From Candidatus Sysuimicrobiota bacterium (lineage in GTDB: Bacteria; Sysuimicrobiota; Sysuimicrobiia; Sysuimicrobiales; Sysuimicrobiaceae), in the NCBI GenBank assembly GCA_040289515.1, contig PSLI01000005.1, positions 12,207 to 76,206 on the forward strand: 64,000 bases of DNA. The letters run 5' to 3'. The position numbers were made by a program, and so were the translations under genes. Shown in pieces: positions 21,053 to 30,635 of the stretch (positions are counted from its first letter, which is position 1; each line of letters opens with the position of its first letter). The notes beneath the pieces are model-generated. The model saw only the letters and a list, made by a program, of their open reading frames with translations, did no database searches and was not told the origin of the DNA.

Positions 21053-21691
21053 GTGCGGAGCGCCGTGCACGTCCCGCGCCAGGGAAGTCTACGCGGATGG
21101 CCGTGGACGCTTGCCGCTGCAGCTTTGTGCGTGGCGGCCCTGGCGGCTTCTGGCCGGGCACAGCTGCTGGCCACGGGGCGATTCGCGGTGGTCCCGGAGG
21201 ACTCCCGCATCGAGCTGTTCGTTCGGGACAACGTGGGCGGGTTCCGGGTCCGGGCGCGCGAGTTCGAGGGCACTGCGGTGGTGCGCCAGACGGGCGAGCG
21301 CAGCTTCGTGGCGGACCTGGAGCTGGTGGTGTCCAGCCGGTCGGTGACCACACACCTGGCTCTGCGGGATAGCCAGATGCACCGGGAGCAGCTCCTCACC
21401 GAGCAGTTCCCTACCATCACCTTCCAGGGCGTAGTCACCACGGACTCCGCGCGGGTGGTGGGCACGTTCCCCGCCACGGTCCACGGCCGCCTCACCCTGC
21501 GGGGCGTCACGCGCCAGGTATCCGCCCCTGTGCAGGTGACACCCCTGCCGGACGGCTTCCGGGGTCGGACCGAGTTCGACCTGCGCATGTCCGACTACGG
21601 CATGCCCGTTCCCCGCTTCCTGTTCTTCGTGGCCGAAGACGTGGCCCGGGCCACGGTGGAGCTCCGGCTGCGCGCCACCGGCCGGCCGTAG
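21053..21691 (+). CDS. YceI family lipid-binding protein
   Basis: Signal-like N-terminus, RDSQM..FPTITF, GRLTLRGVTR, MSDYGM; start uncertain. Confidence 0.8.
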   Translation: MRSAVHVPRQGSLRGWPWTLAAAALCVAALAASGRAQLLATGRFAVVPEDSRIELFVRDNVGGFRVRAREFEGTAVVRQTGERSFVADLELVVSSRSVTTHLALRDSQMHREQLLTEQFPTITFQGVVTTDSARVVGTFPATVHGRLTLRGVTRQVSAPVQVTPLPDGFRGRTEFDLRMSDYGMPVPRFLFFVAEDVARATVELRLRATGRP

Positions 21692-21757
21692 CCCCCATAC
21701 GGTCCGGTCCGCGGCGCGATACAGTGGATTCGAAAAACCCGCCAGGAGGCCGACACC

Positions 21758-22867
21758 GTGCAGTACCGGCGCCTGGGCGCGCGGGAAGCCCAGGACACGC
21801 CTTTGGGTCGTGTCCTGCAGGAGAGGACCCGGGAGGGCGAGCTGTACCGCCCCCTGGAGGGGGGAAAGGTAGAGTGCTTCGCCTGCGGTCACCGGTGCGT
21901 GGTGTTCGAGGGCCTGCCCAGGGTGTGCCGGGTGCGGTTCAACCGCGGCGGGAAGCTGTACGTGCCGTGGGGCTACGTGGGCGCCCTGCAGCTGGATCCC
22001 ATTGAGAAAAAGCCCTTCTTCCACGCGTACCCGGGGGCGCGCACCCTCAGCTTCGGGATGCTTGGCTGCGACCTCCAGTGCCCGTACTGCCAAAACTGGC
22101 AGATCAGCCAGACGCTACGGGACCCGGTGGCCACACGCCTGGCGGACTACACCCCCATTACCCCCGAGGAGTTCGTGCAGCTGGCGCTGCGTTCCGGTGC
22201 CCGAGTGCTCACCAGCACCTACAACGAACCTCTCATCACCAGTGAGTGGGCGGTGGCGCTGTTCCGGGAGGGACGGCGTTACGGGCTCGTGGGCAGCTAC
22301 GTCTCCAACGGCAACGCCACGCCCGAGGTCCTCGACTACCTCCGCCCGTACGTGGACCTGTACAAGGTGGACCTCAAGTCCATGCGGGAGGACCGTTACC
22401 GCGTGTTGGGCGGTCCGCTGCGGACGGTCCTGGACACCATCCGGCGGGCGTGGGAGCAGGGGTTCTGGGTGGAGGTGGTGACCCTGGTGGTGCCGGGTTT
22501 CAACGACGACCCCGCGGAGCTGCAGGAGGCAGCCGCATTCCTGGCCAGCGTGTCGCCCTTCCTCCCGTGGCACGTGACCGCCTTCCACCCCGATTACCGC
22601 ATGACCGAAACCCCCACAACACCCCCGCACACCCTCCTCCGGGCCGCGCGGATCGGGCAGGAGGCGGGCCTGCGGTACGTGTACGTGGGCAACCTCCCCG
22701 GTCAGGTGGGCCGGTATGAAAACACGTACTGTCACGGGTGCGGTGCGCTCCTGGTGGAGCGCCGGGGGTTCCAGGTGCTTCAGGACCGCCTCACCCCCAC
22801 GGGGGGCATCTGCCCGGACTGCGGGGTCCGCATCCCGGGCGTCTGGGGCGCTCCGGCCACCACCTAG
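21758..22867 (+). CDS. AmmeMemoRadiSam-system radical SAM enzyme
   Basis: DPIEKKPFFH, GCDLQCPYCQNWQISQ, TYNEP, PWHVTAFHPDY. Confidence 0.9.
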   Translation: MQYRRLGAREAQDTPLGRVLQERTREGELYRPLEGGKVECFACGHRCVVFEGLPRVCRVRFNRGGKLYVPWGYVGALQLDPIEKKPFFHAYPGARTLSFGMLGCDLQCPYCQNWQISQTLRDPVATRLADYTPITPEEFVQLALRSGARVLTSTYNEPLITSEWAVALFREGRRYGLVGSYVSNGNATPEVLDYLRPYVDLYKVDLKSMREDRYRVLGGPLRTVLDTIRRAWEQGFWVEVVTLVVPGFNDDPAELQEAAAFLASVSPFLPWHVTAFHPDYRMTETPTTPPHTLLRAARIGQEAGLRYVYVGNLPGQVGRYENTYCHGCGALLVERRGFQVLQDRLTPTGGICPDCGVRIPGVWGAPATT

Positions 22868-23433
22868 GGCTGGGCTACGTACAGGATGCGGGTACCCTCT
22901 ACCCGTGCGAAGGGAGTCAGGCGATGCGGTTCGCAGCCGCGGTCCGTGATGTGACGGACCTGCCAGCCGCGCACCACGAAGGCGTCTGCCAGCAGCTGTC
23001 GGTGGCAGCGCCACGGGCTGGCCTCCGCACACAGGAGGCTCACCCGCGCCCCGGAGGCCAGGGCTTCCAGCTGTTCCAGAGCACGCTGGAACTCCGCCGT
23101 CAGCATGAAGTCTGCGTAGGCCCGGAACGCTCCCACGCGCCAACCGGTGTTGGGAGACTCCGGGGACGGCCTGCGGAACCCACCCAGTTCTTCCCGCCAC
23201 AGGTACCGAATGCCCTCCTCCTCCAGGGCCTCCCGCAGCGCCCGCTTCTGGAAGTGGGGGAAGCGCCGCGACGTGGGCCACCGCCGCACGTCTACCACGG
23301 CCCCGATGTCGTGGGCCCGCAGCAGCCCCAGGAACTCCGCGAGCCCCCGGGTCGAATGACCCACGGTGTGCAGCGTCCGCGGACCTGCACAGCCCGGCTT
23401 TCCGTTCCGCGTCAGTGCCTCCCGGCCACCCAC
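22864..23433 (-). CDS. DUF488 family protein
   Basis: TVGHSTR, VDVRRWP, ELGG, LCAE..WRCHR; start uncertain. Confidence 0.88.
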   Translation of the reverse strand: MGGREALTRNGKPGCAGPRTLHTVGHSTRGLAEFLGLLRAHDIGAVVDVRRWPTSRRFPHFQKRALREALEEEGIRYLWREELGGFRRPSPESPNTGWRVGAFRAYADFMLTAEFQRALEQLEALASGARVSLLCAEASPWRCHRQLLADAFVVRGWQVRHITDRGCEPHRLTPFARVEGTRILYVAQP

Positions 23434-24209
23434 GACGCTCCCGCGAACAGGAGGATGCTAACCAGGACCACCGCACCGCTGGGAGCCACGTCCAGGTAGA
23501 AGCTGGCCACAAGCCCGCTCAAAACCGCCGCGGCCGCGAACGCCACCGCCAGTCCCAAGGTCGCCCGGAAGCTGCGCGCCAGCCGCATGGCGGTCAAAGC
23601 AGGGATCACCAAAAGGGCGCTGGTGAGCAACACGCCCACCACCCGCATGCCCACCACCACCGTGACGGCCACCAGCACCGTCAGCAGCACGTTTAGCGCC
23701 TCCACGGGCACGCCCTGTACACGGGCCGCCTCCTCATCGAAGGTCAGGGCGAACAGGTCCTTGTAAAAGATCGCTAAGCTGCTGCCTACCACCACAGCCA
23801 AGACAGCCATCCACACCAGGTCCTGCGGGCCCACCGCGGTCACCGCCCCGAACAAGTACCCCAAAAGGCCCGCGTTCACCCCCCGCGCCAGACTCAGCAG
23901 AACCAACGCCACCGCCAGCCCGCCGCTCAAAAACAGCGCCAGGGCCGCTTCCCCGAACAGTTGGCCGGACGCCCGAAGCCGCTCCACCCCCAGGGCGCCG
24001 ATCAGGGCCAGCACCAGAGCACCCAAGGCCGGGGATACCCCCAGCAGGACCGCCGCGCCCACTCCTGCCAGGGCCACGTGGGCCAGGGTGTCCGCCATGG
24101 GGCTCATGCGGCGCAGCACCACAAACACGCCCACCGCCGGGGCCGTCAGAGCCAGCAGCAGCCCCGCGCCCACCGCCCGCAGCATGAACCCGTACTGCAG
24201 CAGCTCCAC
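23412..24209 (-). CDS. znuB: Zn/Mn ABC transporter permease
   Basis: DTLAHVALAG, YLFG, VVGVLLTSALLVIPA. Confidence 0.92.
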   Translation of the reverse strand: MELLQYGFMLRAVGAGLLLALTAPAVGVFVVLRRMSPMADTLAHVALAGVGAAVLLGVSPALGALVLALIGALGVERLRASGQLFGEAALALFLSGGLAVALVLLSLARGVNAGLLGYLFGAVTAVGPQDLVWMAVLAVVVGSSLAIFYKDLFALTFDEEAARVQGVPVEALNVLLTVLVAVTVVVGMRVVGVLLTSALLVIPALTAMRLARSFRATLGLAVAFAAAAVLSGLVASFYLDVAPSGAVVLVSILLFAGASWVAGRH

Positions 24210-24216
24210 GGCCCCC

Positions 24217-24966
24217 TCAGTGGCGGTGAGCGACCACAAGGCTGCGCGTGCCGTACAGCCGCTCCAGCGTCCCGGCCCGCAGTGCCTCCTCCGGAGGTCC
24301 GTGGAAGAACAGGGTGCGGTTCAGGCACGCCAGCTGCGACACCTCACGCGCCACGGCGGCCACGTCGTGGGAAACGAGCACCACCGTGGTGCCCCGCTCG
24401 CGGTGCAAGTGCCGGAGCAGTTCGTAGAACCGCTCCTCGCCCTCCGGGTCCACGCCCACCGTGGGCTCGTCCAGCAGCAACAACTCCGGCTCGTTGGCGA
24501 GCGCGCGCGCCACGAACACCCGCTGCTGCTGGCCAACGGACAGCTGTCCCACTAGGCGGTCCCGCACTTCCCACAGGCCCGCCGCCTGCAGGGCTGCCTC
24601 CGCGGCCGCGCGGTCCTGGGGGCCGAACCGCCGGCCCACCCCCCCGCGCCCGGCGCGCCCGCTCAGCACCACCTCCAGGATCGTGGCGGGGAATCGGGTC
24701 TCGAAGGCCACCGCCCTCTGGGGCACGTAGCCCACCCGGTGCCAGTCCCGGAAGCGCCGCAGATCCTGCCCGAACAGCCGCACGTGCCCGCAGCTGAGAC
24801 GCACCAGGCCCAACAACGCCCGCAGCAAGGTGGTCTTGCCCGCTCCGTTGGGGCCGATAACCCCCACGAACTCACCCCTGCGGATCCGCAGGTCCACACG
24901 GTCCAGCACCCGCTCCCCGTGGAAGTCCACGCACACGTGCTCCAGCTCCACCACGACGGCGTCCAC
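24217..24966 (-). CDS. znuC: Zn/Mn ABC transporter ATPase
   Basis: GPNGAGKTT, GYVPQ, LSVGQQQR, LDEPT, C-terminal HRH. Confidence 0.92.
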   Translation of the reverse strand: MDAVVVELEHVCVDFHGERVLDRVDLRIRRGEFVGVIGPNGAGKTTLLRALLGLVRLSCGHVRLFGQDLRRFRDWHRVGYVPQRAVAFETRFPATILEVVLSGRAGRGGVGRRFGPQDRAAAEAALQAAGLWEVRDRLVGQLSVGQQQRVFVARALANEPELLLLDEPTVGVDPEGEERFYELLRHLHRERGTTVVLVSHDVAAVAREVSQLACLNRTLFFHGPPEEALRAGTLERLYGTRSLVVAHRH

Positions 24967-25020
24967 GGCCTCCTCCCTACCCCACCGCGGCCCCATTCTA
25001 CTGCCCCGCTGCGGGCTGTC

Positions 25021-25422
25021 TTATAGGGTGATCACCTGGTCGGGCGGTTCCGCTTGCAGGGCTGCAAACAGGTCGGGGAAGCACCCCACGTATACTCCGT
25101 CCACCACGTCCACGGGCTCGCAGGCCGCGGGGGTCTGCCGTCCCGTGCCGTCCGGGTTACACCACCTCGGTTGCCCGCGCGCTAGCCCCCGTTCCAGTGC
25201 GCATGCGTCGCACGCCATCACCAGAATCCTCTGGTCCCGCGCGACCCGGGCGAGCCGCTCTCCCAGCGGATCACCCCGCCGCAGCGCGAAGACGTTGTCG
25301 TCGAAGAAGAACATGGCCACCACGCGGGCTCCGTGAACCCCAGCCTCTAGCTGTGGCAGGATCATCTGACCCAGCTTGTAGCTGGCCGCGCGCGGCGTCG
25401 CAAACACGTAAGCGACCCTCAC
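25021..25422 (-). CDS. DsrE-like (SaoD/DsrE-type) small protein
   Basis: SD GGAGG; MILPQLE..MFFFDDN..ACDACALER..GCFPDL. Confidence 0.75.
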   Translation of the reverse strand: MRVAYVFATPRAASYKLGQMILPQLEAGVHGARVVAMFFFDDNVFALRRGDPLGERLARVARDQRILVMACDACALERGLARGQPRWCNPDGTGRQTPAACEPVDVVDGVYVGCFPDLFAALQAEPPDQVITL

Positions 25423-25433
25423 CGCACACCTCC

Positions 25434-26354
25434 TCACCGACAGCCCAGCCCGTCCACCAGCTGCCGCAGGTTTTCCTCCATGACGGAGAAGTAGTCCCTC
25501 CCCCGCTGCAGGTCCGCCTCCGAAAGGCCCTCCAGGGGATCCAGCACCAACACCCGAGCTCCCACGTCCTGGGCCAGTCCCTCCATGATCGGCCTGCCAC
25601 CCAAGGTTTCCGCGTACACCGCCTGCACCCGTTCCCGCCGCCCCAGCTCCACCAGCTCCCGCAGACGTCGGGGCGAGGGCTCCGCTTCGGGGGCCAAACC
25701 CGCCACCGACTCCCAGTGCAGGCCGTACCGGCGGGTCAGATATCCGAAAGCCGCGTGGGAGGTGATGATCACCCGGCTGCGGCAGCGGCGCAGGGCCTGC
25801 GCGTACCGGCCATGCAGCTCCTGCAGGCGCCTGATGAGCCGCCGGCTCCGTTCCAAATATTCCCTCGCGCCTGGCGGATCCGCCCGCACCAGCCCCTGCG
25901 TCACGTTCCGGACCATCCCCTGAGCCAGCACAGGATCCAGCCACACGTGCGGGTCCAGCGTTCCCGCCTGCTTCTCCTTGTGTCCATCCCCCTCCGGGTG
26001 CTGGCGCTCTGCCTGCGAGCGCAACAAGGGAAGCCCCTCCGTCGCCTCCACCCTCACCGCGTCCGCGGGTAGCTCCGCCGCCACAAGCCGCGCGACCCAC
26101 GGCTCAAGTCCGGCTCCGTTGTATACGAACACCCGTGCACGACCCAGAAGCGCCACGTCGGCGGGCCTCGGTTCGAAGTCGTGCGGAGACACGCCGTACG
26201 GAACCAGCTGTCGGACTTCCACCCGCGGTCCGCCCACCTGGCGTGCAAACTCGTACAGGGGGTAAAAGGAGGCCACCACGGCGATCCTGGCCTGTGACCC
26301 TTGCAACCCGCACCCGGCGAGGAATATGGCGAGGACCACCACCGCGCTTCTCAC
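25434..26354 (-). CDS. znuA: Zn ABC transporter substrate-binding lipoprotein
   Basis: LAGC lipobox, PHDFEP, DPHVWLDP, HAAFGY, LDPLE. Confidence 0.92.
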   Translation of the reverse strand: MRSAVVVLAIFLAGCGLQGSQARIAVVASFYPLYEFARQVGGPRVEVRQLVPYGVSPHDFEPRPADVALLGRARVFVYNGAGLEPWVARLVAAELPADAVRVEATEGLPLLRSQAERQHPEGDGHKEKQAGTLDPHVWLDPVLAQGMVRNVTQGLVRADPPGAREYLERSRRLIRRLQELHGRYAQALRRCRSRVIITSHAAFGYLTRRYGLHWESVAGLAPEAEPSPRRLRELVELGRRERVQAVYAETLGGRPIMEGLAQDVGARVLVLDPLEGLSEADLQRGRDYFSVMEENLRQLVDGLGCR

Positions 26355-26356
26355 CC

Positions 26357-26779
26357 TCACCTCCCCCGACAGTTGTGGCAGTAGCCCAGGATCTCCAGCC
26401 TGTGGCCGGTCACGAGGAACCCTCCAGCCAGCGTGGCACCCTTTCGGATCGGTACGGGGCAGCGGTCCCAACGCACCAGAGCCCCGCACCCCAAGCAGAC
26501 GAGGTGGTGGTGATGCGGCCGGTCCAGCTCGTAGCGCGCCACCCCGCCCTGCTCCCACCGCTGTACCCACCCTTCCCGCGCGAGCAAGCCCAGGGTGCGG
26601 TAGACGGTGACCAACCCTAACTTGGGATGAAGCTGCCGCGCGAGCTGGTAGACGGAGCGCGTATCCGCGGCGCACCCCGCCCGCCAGAGGGCCTCAAGCA
26701 CCGCCCGGCGTGCGGCGGTGACCCGCCGCCCCCGCACCTTCCAGGCCTCCAGGAGCGACTTATCGATACTCATTTTCAT
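26357..26779 (-). CDS. zur: Fur-family regulator, probably Zur
   Basis: TVYRTL, HHHHLVCLGCG, GYCHNC; first gene of the znu operon. Confidence 0.85.
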   Translation of the reverse strand: MKMSIDKSLLEAWKVRGRRVTAARRAVLEALWRAGCAADTRSVYQLARQLHPKLGLVTVYRTLGLLAREGWVQRWEQGGVARYELDRPHHHHLVCLGCGALVRWDRCPVPIRKGATLAGGFLVTGHRLEILGYCHNCRGR

Positions 26780-26814
26780 TTAGAGAGGCTAGCCTTTCCC
26801 GCCGGTGCCGTCAA
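26760..26814 (-). promoter_or_regulatory. zur promoter and Fur/Zur-like box over the start codon
   Basis: TTGACG-17-TAGCCT; AT-rich imperfect palindrome TAAATGAAAATGAGTATCGATAA. Confidence 0.7.
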
Positions 26815-26833
26815 GGGCCGCAGGCCGTGCCAT

Positions 26834-26874
26834 GGCTCTGTCCCCTAGGCCCTGTCCCCGGGCTCTGTCCCCAG
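26834..26874. repeat. Three tandem GGCYCTGTCCCC units (REP-like) downstream of the transposase
   Basis: Units start at 26834, 26848 and 26861. Confidence 0.85.
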
Positions 26875-27144
26875 ATCCTGTGCCCGCTCCCAGTTCCGGC
26901 TCGCCCTTCTCCGCCGCACCACTGCCGGTTCAGCCGGGCGATTCTGCGGACTGCTCTCTAGGGAAGGACCGGGCTTGGCACTCTCGCGCCCCTCGACAAA
27001 ACGTCCGGGTGCCGCAACCCGCGGTCAAACCATCACGGCACCCCGGGCGCTTGGGCTTCGCTGACTCCCACTCCACCTGGCAGGTGAACTCCCTACGTGG
27101 CCTTTGTCGGCGGGCAACCCGCGCTCGCCGGTTCGCTACAGCAG

Positions 27145-27744
27145 TTACGTAGGGGCTCGCGGTGTGCCGCGTGATGGTTCCCCACGCTGGCCAACCTGCA
27201 GGGGTCGGGGCTGGCCTGAGTTCCGTGGAATCCAAGTCAAATCGTCGGACCGAGGGAAGTCTATCAGCTCGCGCAGGCGCGCGGCTGCGGTTACACCATC
27301 GGGGCGCCCCGCGTACGCCCCGAAGCTGCTCCATCGGTACTCCTCCGCGTAGTCGACCAAGCCTGCGCGGACCGGGTTGTCGTGAAGGTAGCGAACCAGC
27401 GCCCACAGGTACCGATCCACGGCGCAGGGCCAGCAACGAAAGCGGCCCTCGAAGACGTGTCCGCTCCGCTGGTAACGCTGGTTGTGCCACTGCGCGAAAC
27501 GACCATGCAGGTCGCGCATAAAGCCCGAGAGCACACCATCCGCCGCCCGGAGCAGCAGGTGAACGTGGTTCGGCATCAGCACGTACGCTAGGATGTCGAT
27601 GCCGTGACGTTCCGACATCCGGCGCATAAGTTTCAGATACTCCTCGAAAGCGTCCCGAGTGAGAAAGAGCCGCTCTCGACGGTTCCCCCGGCTCACCACG
27701 TGGTACACGCCCGCAGATAGATGGCCCCTGGCCCGACGCGCCAC
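27145..27744 (-). mobile_element. HUH/Y1 transposase, REP-associated (RAYT/TnpA-REP-like)
   Basis: YHVVSRGNRR, YVLMPNHVHLL (HUH), GHVFEGRF, YLHDNPVRAGLV, YRWSS; visibly lower GC than flanks. Confidence 0.9.
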
Positions 27745-27803
27745 GCGTCCCCCCTGCACGTCCCACGTTATTGAACGCCGCATCGGCCGGGTTTGGAGCC
27801 TTG

Positions 27804-27864
27804 GGCCCTGTCCCCTAGGACAGTCCCCCAAGGCCCTGTCCCCAGGGGACAGGGCCTTGGGGGA
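27804..27864. repeat. REP-like cluster upstream of the transposase, with a perfect 20-bp inverted repeat
   Basis: TCCCCCAAGGCCCTGTCCCC-A-GGGGACAGGGCCTTGGGGGA (27824-27864) plus an extra unit at 27804. Confidence 0.88.
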
Positions 27865-27945
27865 GCCGGCAGCCCCGGCCAGGCCCTCCCACCGGGCTGT
27901 CGGGAGCCTCCCGCAGGATTCGAAAGCGTACAATGCGGGTTGGAG

Positions 27946-29589
27946 ATGACCCGCCAGCAGCTGGAGAACCTTCTGCGGCGTAAGTCGGCGGAGATCGCCG
28001 CCCTGCGGGAGATCAGCCGCACCATCAGCCAAGCCCATGACCTGGACACCACCCTGACCACCATCACCCGCAAGACCGCGGAGGTCATGGGCATGGACTC
28101 CTGCTCCGTGTACCTTCTGGACCCCCAGGGGGAGTACCTGGTGCTGCGGGCCACCACGGGCCTGGCACCGGAGGCGGTGGGGCGGGCTCGCCTGCGGCTC
28201 GGGGAGGGGCTGACAGGGTGGGCCGCGCTGCACGAGCAGCCTGCCTGGAGCAGCGACGCGCCCAGCGACCCCCGGTTCGTGCTGCTCCCCGAGACCGAGG
28301 AGCTGCGCTTCCAGTCCCTGCTGGCCGTCCCCCTGACGGTGGGCGGCCGGGTGCTGGGGGCCATGAACGTGCAAACCCGCACCACCCACGAGTTCACCGA
28401 GGACGAGGTGGAGCTGGTCAGCATGATCGCGGACCTCGCCGGGGGGGCCATCGAGAAGGCCACCCTGCACGACCACATGCGGCGCCAGATCCGCGAGCTT
28501 TCTACCCTCGCGGAGCTCAGCCAGACCCTGGCCTCGCCCCTGTACCTGGAGCAGGTGCTGCAGGTCATCGTGCAGATGGCCGCCCGCATGCTGGAGGCCC
28601 GGCTGTGCTCCCTGCTGCTGGTGGATGAGACCGCGGGGCTCCTGCGGCCCGCGGCGGCCCACCCGGCAGGCGAGGCGTACACGGAACGGGCTCCCATCCC
28701 CCTGGGGGCCGGGATCGCGGGCCGGGTGGCCCAGACGGGTGAGAGGGAGGTGGTACCGGATCTGCTGGCCGAGCCCCGTTTTTCGGACCCCGAGTTCGCT
28801 TCCCGGGAGGAGCTTCGGTCCATGGTGTCGGTGCCCCTGCGGGTCCGAGACCGAATCATCGGCGTGCTGAACTGCTACCGTGGCCAACCCGCGGCTTTCA
28901 GCCCCGCGGACGTGAACCTCCTGACCACCCTCGCCACGCAGACGGCCCTGGCCATCGAGAACGCCAACCTGGTCATGCGGTCCGCGGTGGTGCGGGAAAT
29001 GCACCACCGGGTCAAGAACAACCTCCAGACCATCGCCATGCTGCTGCGTCTGCAGCTGGCGGACGGCCGCGAGCCTTCCGGCCGCGAGGTCCTCACGGAG
29101 ACCATCAACCGCGTCCTGGGTATCGCCGCGGTGCACGAGATCCTGTCCCTGGAAGGGTTCCGCACCGTGAACCTGCGGGAGGTGCTGGATCGGCTCACCC
29201 ACGCGGTGGTGGCCAACATGCGACGGCCCGATCTAGACCTCGAGGTGTCGGTGCAGGGCGACGACGTGTACTTCCCCTCCCAGCCCGCCACCTCCGCGGC
29301 CCTGGTAGCCACAGAGCTGGTCCAGAACGCTCTGGAGCACGCCTTCCGGGGCCGCACCCGCGGACGGCTGTGGGTGCGCCTGGTGGACACTGCCAGTCAC
29401 GTGGTGCTGGAGGTGGAGGACGACGGTACCGGACTGCCGGAGGGGTTCGACCCGGAGACCTGTTCCGACCTGGGCCTGCGCATCGCCCGGACCCTGGTCC
29501 GGGAGGACCTGAAGGGAGAGCTTTTGGCCTGCGGGGGCCTGGGCGCCCGGTTCGTGGTTCGCATCCCCAAGGAGGTTTTGGGCGCGTGA
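27946..29589 (+). CDS. Cytoplasmic double-GAF histidine kinase (HisKA_2, PdtaS/EutW-like)
   Basis: Two GAF repeats, EMHHRVKNNLQ, ELVQNALEH, DDGTG; no TM segment. Confidence 0.92.
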   Translation: MTRQQLENLLRRKSAEIAALREISRTISQAHDLDTTLTTITRKTAEVMGMDSCSVYLLDPQGEYLVLRATTGLAPEAVGRARLRLGEGLTGWAALHEQPAWSSDAPSDPRFVLLPETEELRFQSLLAVPLTVGGRVLGAMNVQTRTTHEFTEDEVELVSMIADLAGGAIEKATLHDHMRRQIRELSTLAELSQTLASPLYLEQVLQVIVQMAARMLEARLCSLLLVDETAGLLRPAAAHPAGEAYTERAPIPLGAGIAGRVAQTGEREVVPDLLAEPRFSDPEFASREELRSMVSVPLRVRDRIIGVLNCYRGQPAAFSPADVNLLTTLATQTALAIENANLVMRSAVVREMHHRVKNNLQTIAMLLRLQLADGREPSGREVLTETINRVLGIAAVHEILSLEGFRTVNLREVLDRLTHAVVANMRRPDLDLEVSVQGDDVYFPSQPATSAALVATELVQNALEHAFRGRTRGRLWVRLVDTASHVVLEVEDDGTGLPEGFDPETCSDLGLRIARTLVREDLKGELLACGGLGARFVVRIPKEVLGA

Positions 29590-30155
29590 AGCGCATCGTG
29601 GTGGCGGATGACGAAGCCCTGATCCGCATGGGGTTGCGGGCCATGCTGGAGGACCGCGGCTACCGGGTGGTGGGCGAAGCCTCCGACGGCCGGCGGGCCG
29701 TGGAGCTGGTGGTGCGTCTGCGGCCGGACCTGGTGTTCCTGGACGCGAAGATGCCGGGGATGGACGGGCTTGCGGCGGCTGCTCGTATCCAGCAGGTGTG
29801 CCCGACCCCCGTGGTACTGCTCACCGCGTACAGCGAGCGGGAACTGATCAAGCAGGCCCAGCAGGTGGGCGTGCTGGCCTACCTGGTGAAGCCTATCAAG
29901 GAGGAGGACCTCGTTCCCACCATCGAGGTGGCCCTGGCCCGCTTCGCGGACCTCCAGCGCAAGGCCCAGCGCATCGAGGAGCTGGAAGAACAGCTGCACA
30001 CCCGCAAGCTGGTGGAGCGGGCCAAGGGGTTGCTGATGCAGCGGGAGGGCCTGTCGGAGGAGGAAGCGTTCCGCCGGATCCAGGGGGAGGCCCGCCGCAC
30101 CCGCCGCACCATGCGGGAGGTGGCCCTGCAGATCCTCAGCGAGCAGCCCTCGTAG
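29586..30155 (+). CDS. REC-ANTAR response regulator (PdtaR/EutV-like)
   Basis: ADDE, LD..MP, KP; RKLVERAKGLLM..LSEEEAF ANTAR. Confidence 0.93.
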   Translation: MKRIVVADDEALIRMGLRAMLEDRGYRVVGEASDGRRAVELVVRLRPDLVFLDAKMPGMDGLAAAARIQQVCPTPVVLLTAYSERELIKQAQQVGVLAYLVKPIKEEDLVPTIEVALARFADLQRKAQRIEELEEQLHTRKLVERAKGLLMQREGLSEEEAFRRIQGEARRTRRTMREVALQILSEQPS

Positions 30156-30635
30156 CTACGGTTCCTGGGGGCTTGCCAGGTCCCGCAACAGGGTCGCCAT
30201 CTCCACCGCAGCCAGGGCGGCGTCGCGCCCGCGGTTGCCCGCCTTCCCGCCAGCCCGTTCCGCCGCCTGCTGGGGCTCATCCGCGGTAATGACCCCGTAC
30301 AGTACCGGGACGCCGCTCTCCAAGGCCGCCCGGGCGATGCCCGCCGCGCTCTGGCCTGCCACGTACTCGAAGTGGGGTGTGTCGCCCCGCACCACCGCTC
30401 CCAGGCACACCACCGCCTGGTACCGCCCCGAACGGGCCAGCTGCAGCGCGACCAGGGGCAACTCAAACGCCCCCGGGACCCACGCCACGTCCGCCTCCTC
30501 CACCCCGCACCGCCGCAGGCCGTCCAGGGCACCGTCCACCAGCAAGCGGGTGGTGGCCTCGTTGAACCGGCTGGCCACCACCGCCACCTTCAGCCCGCGG
30601 CCAACTAGGGAACCCTCAAACGTTCGGACCCGCAT
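30156..30635 (-). CDS. ribH: 6,7-dimethyl-8-ribityllumazine synthase
   Basis: SRFN, VPGAFELP, VRGDTPHFEYV. Confidence 0.96.
   Translation of the reverse strand: MRVRTFEGSLVGRGLKVAVVASRFNEATTRLLVDGALDGLRRCGVEEADVAWVPGAFELPLVALQLARSGRYQAVVCLGAVVRGDTPHFEYVAGQSAAGIARAALESGVPVLYGVITADEPQQAAERAGGKAGNRGRDAALAAVEMATLLRDLASPQEP

Noticed and set aside
27745..29202. 685-aa transposase fusion suggested by the ORF track
   Set aside because: The upstream part is the antisense of the histidine kinase; the transposase starts at GTG 27744 with its own G-rich SD.
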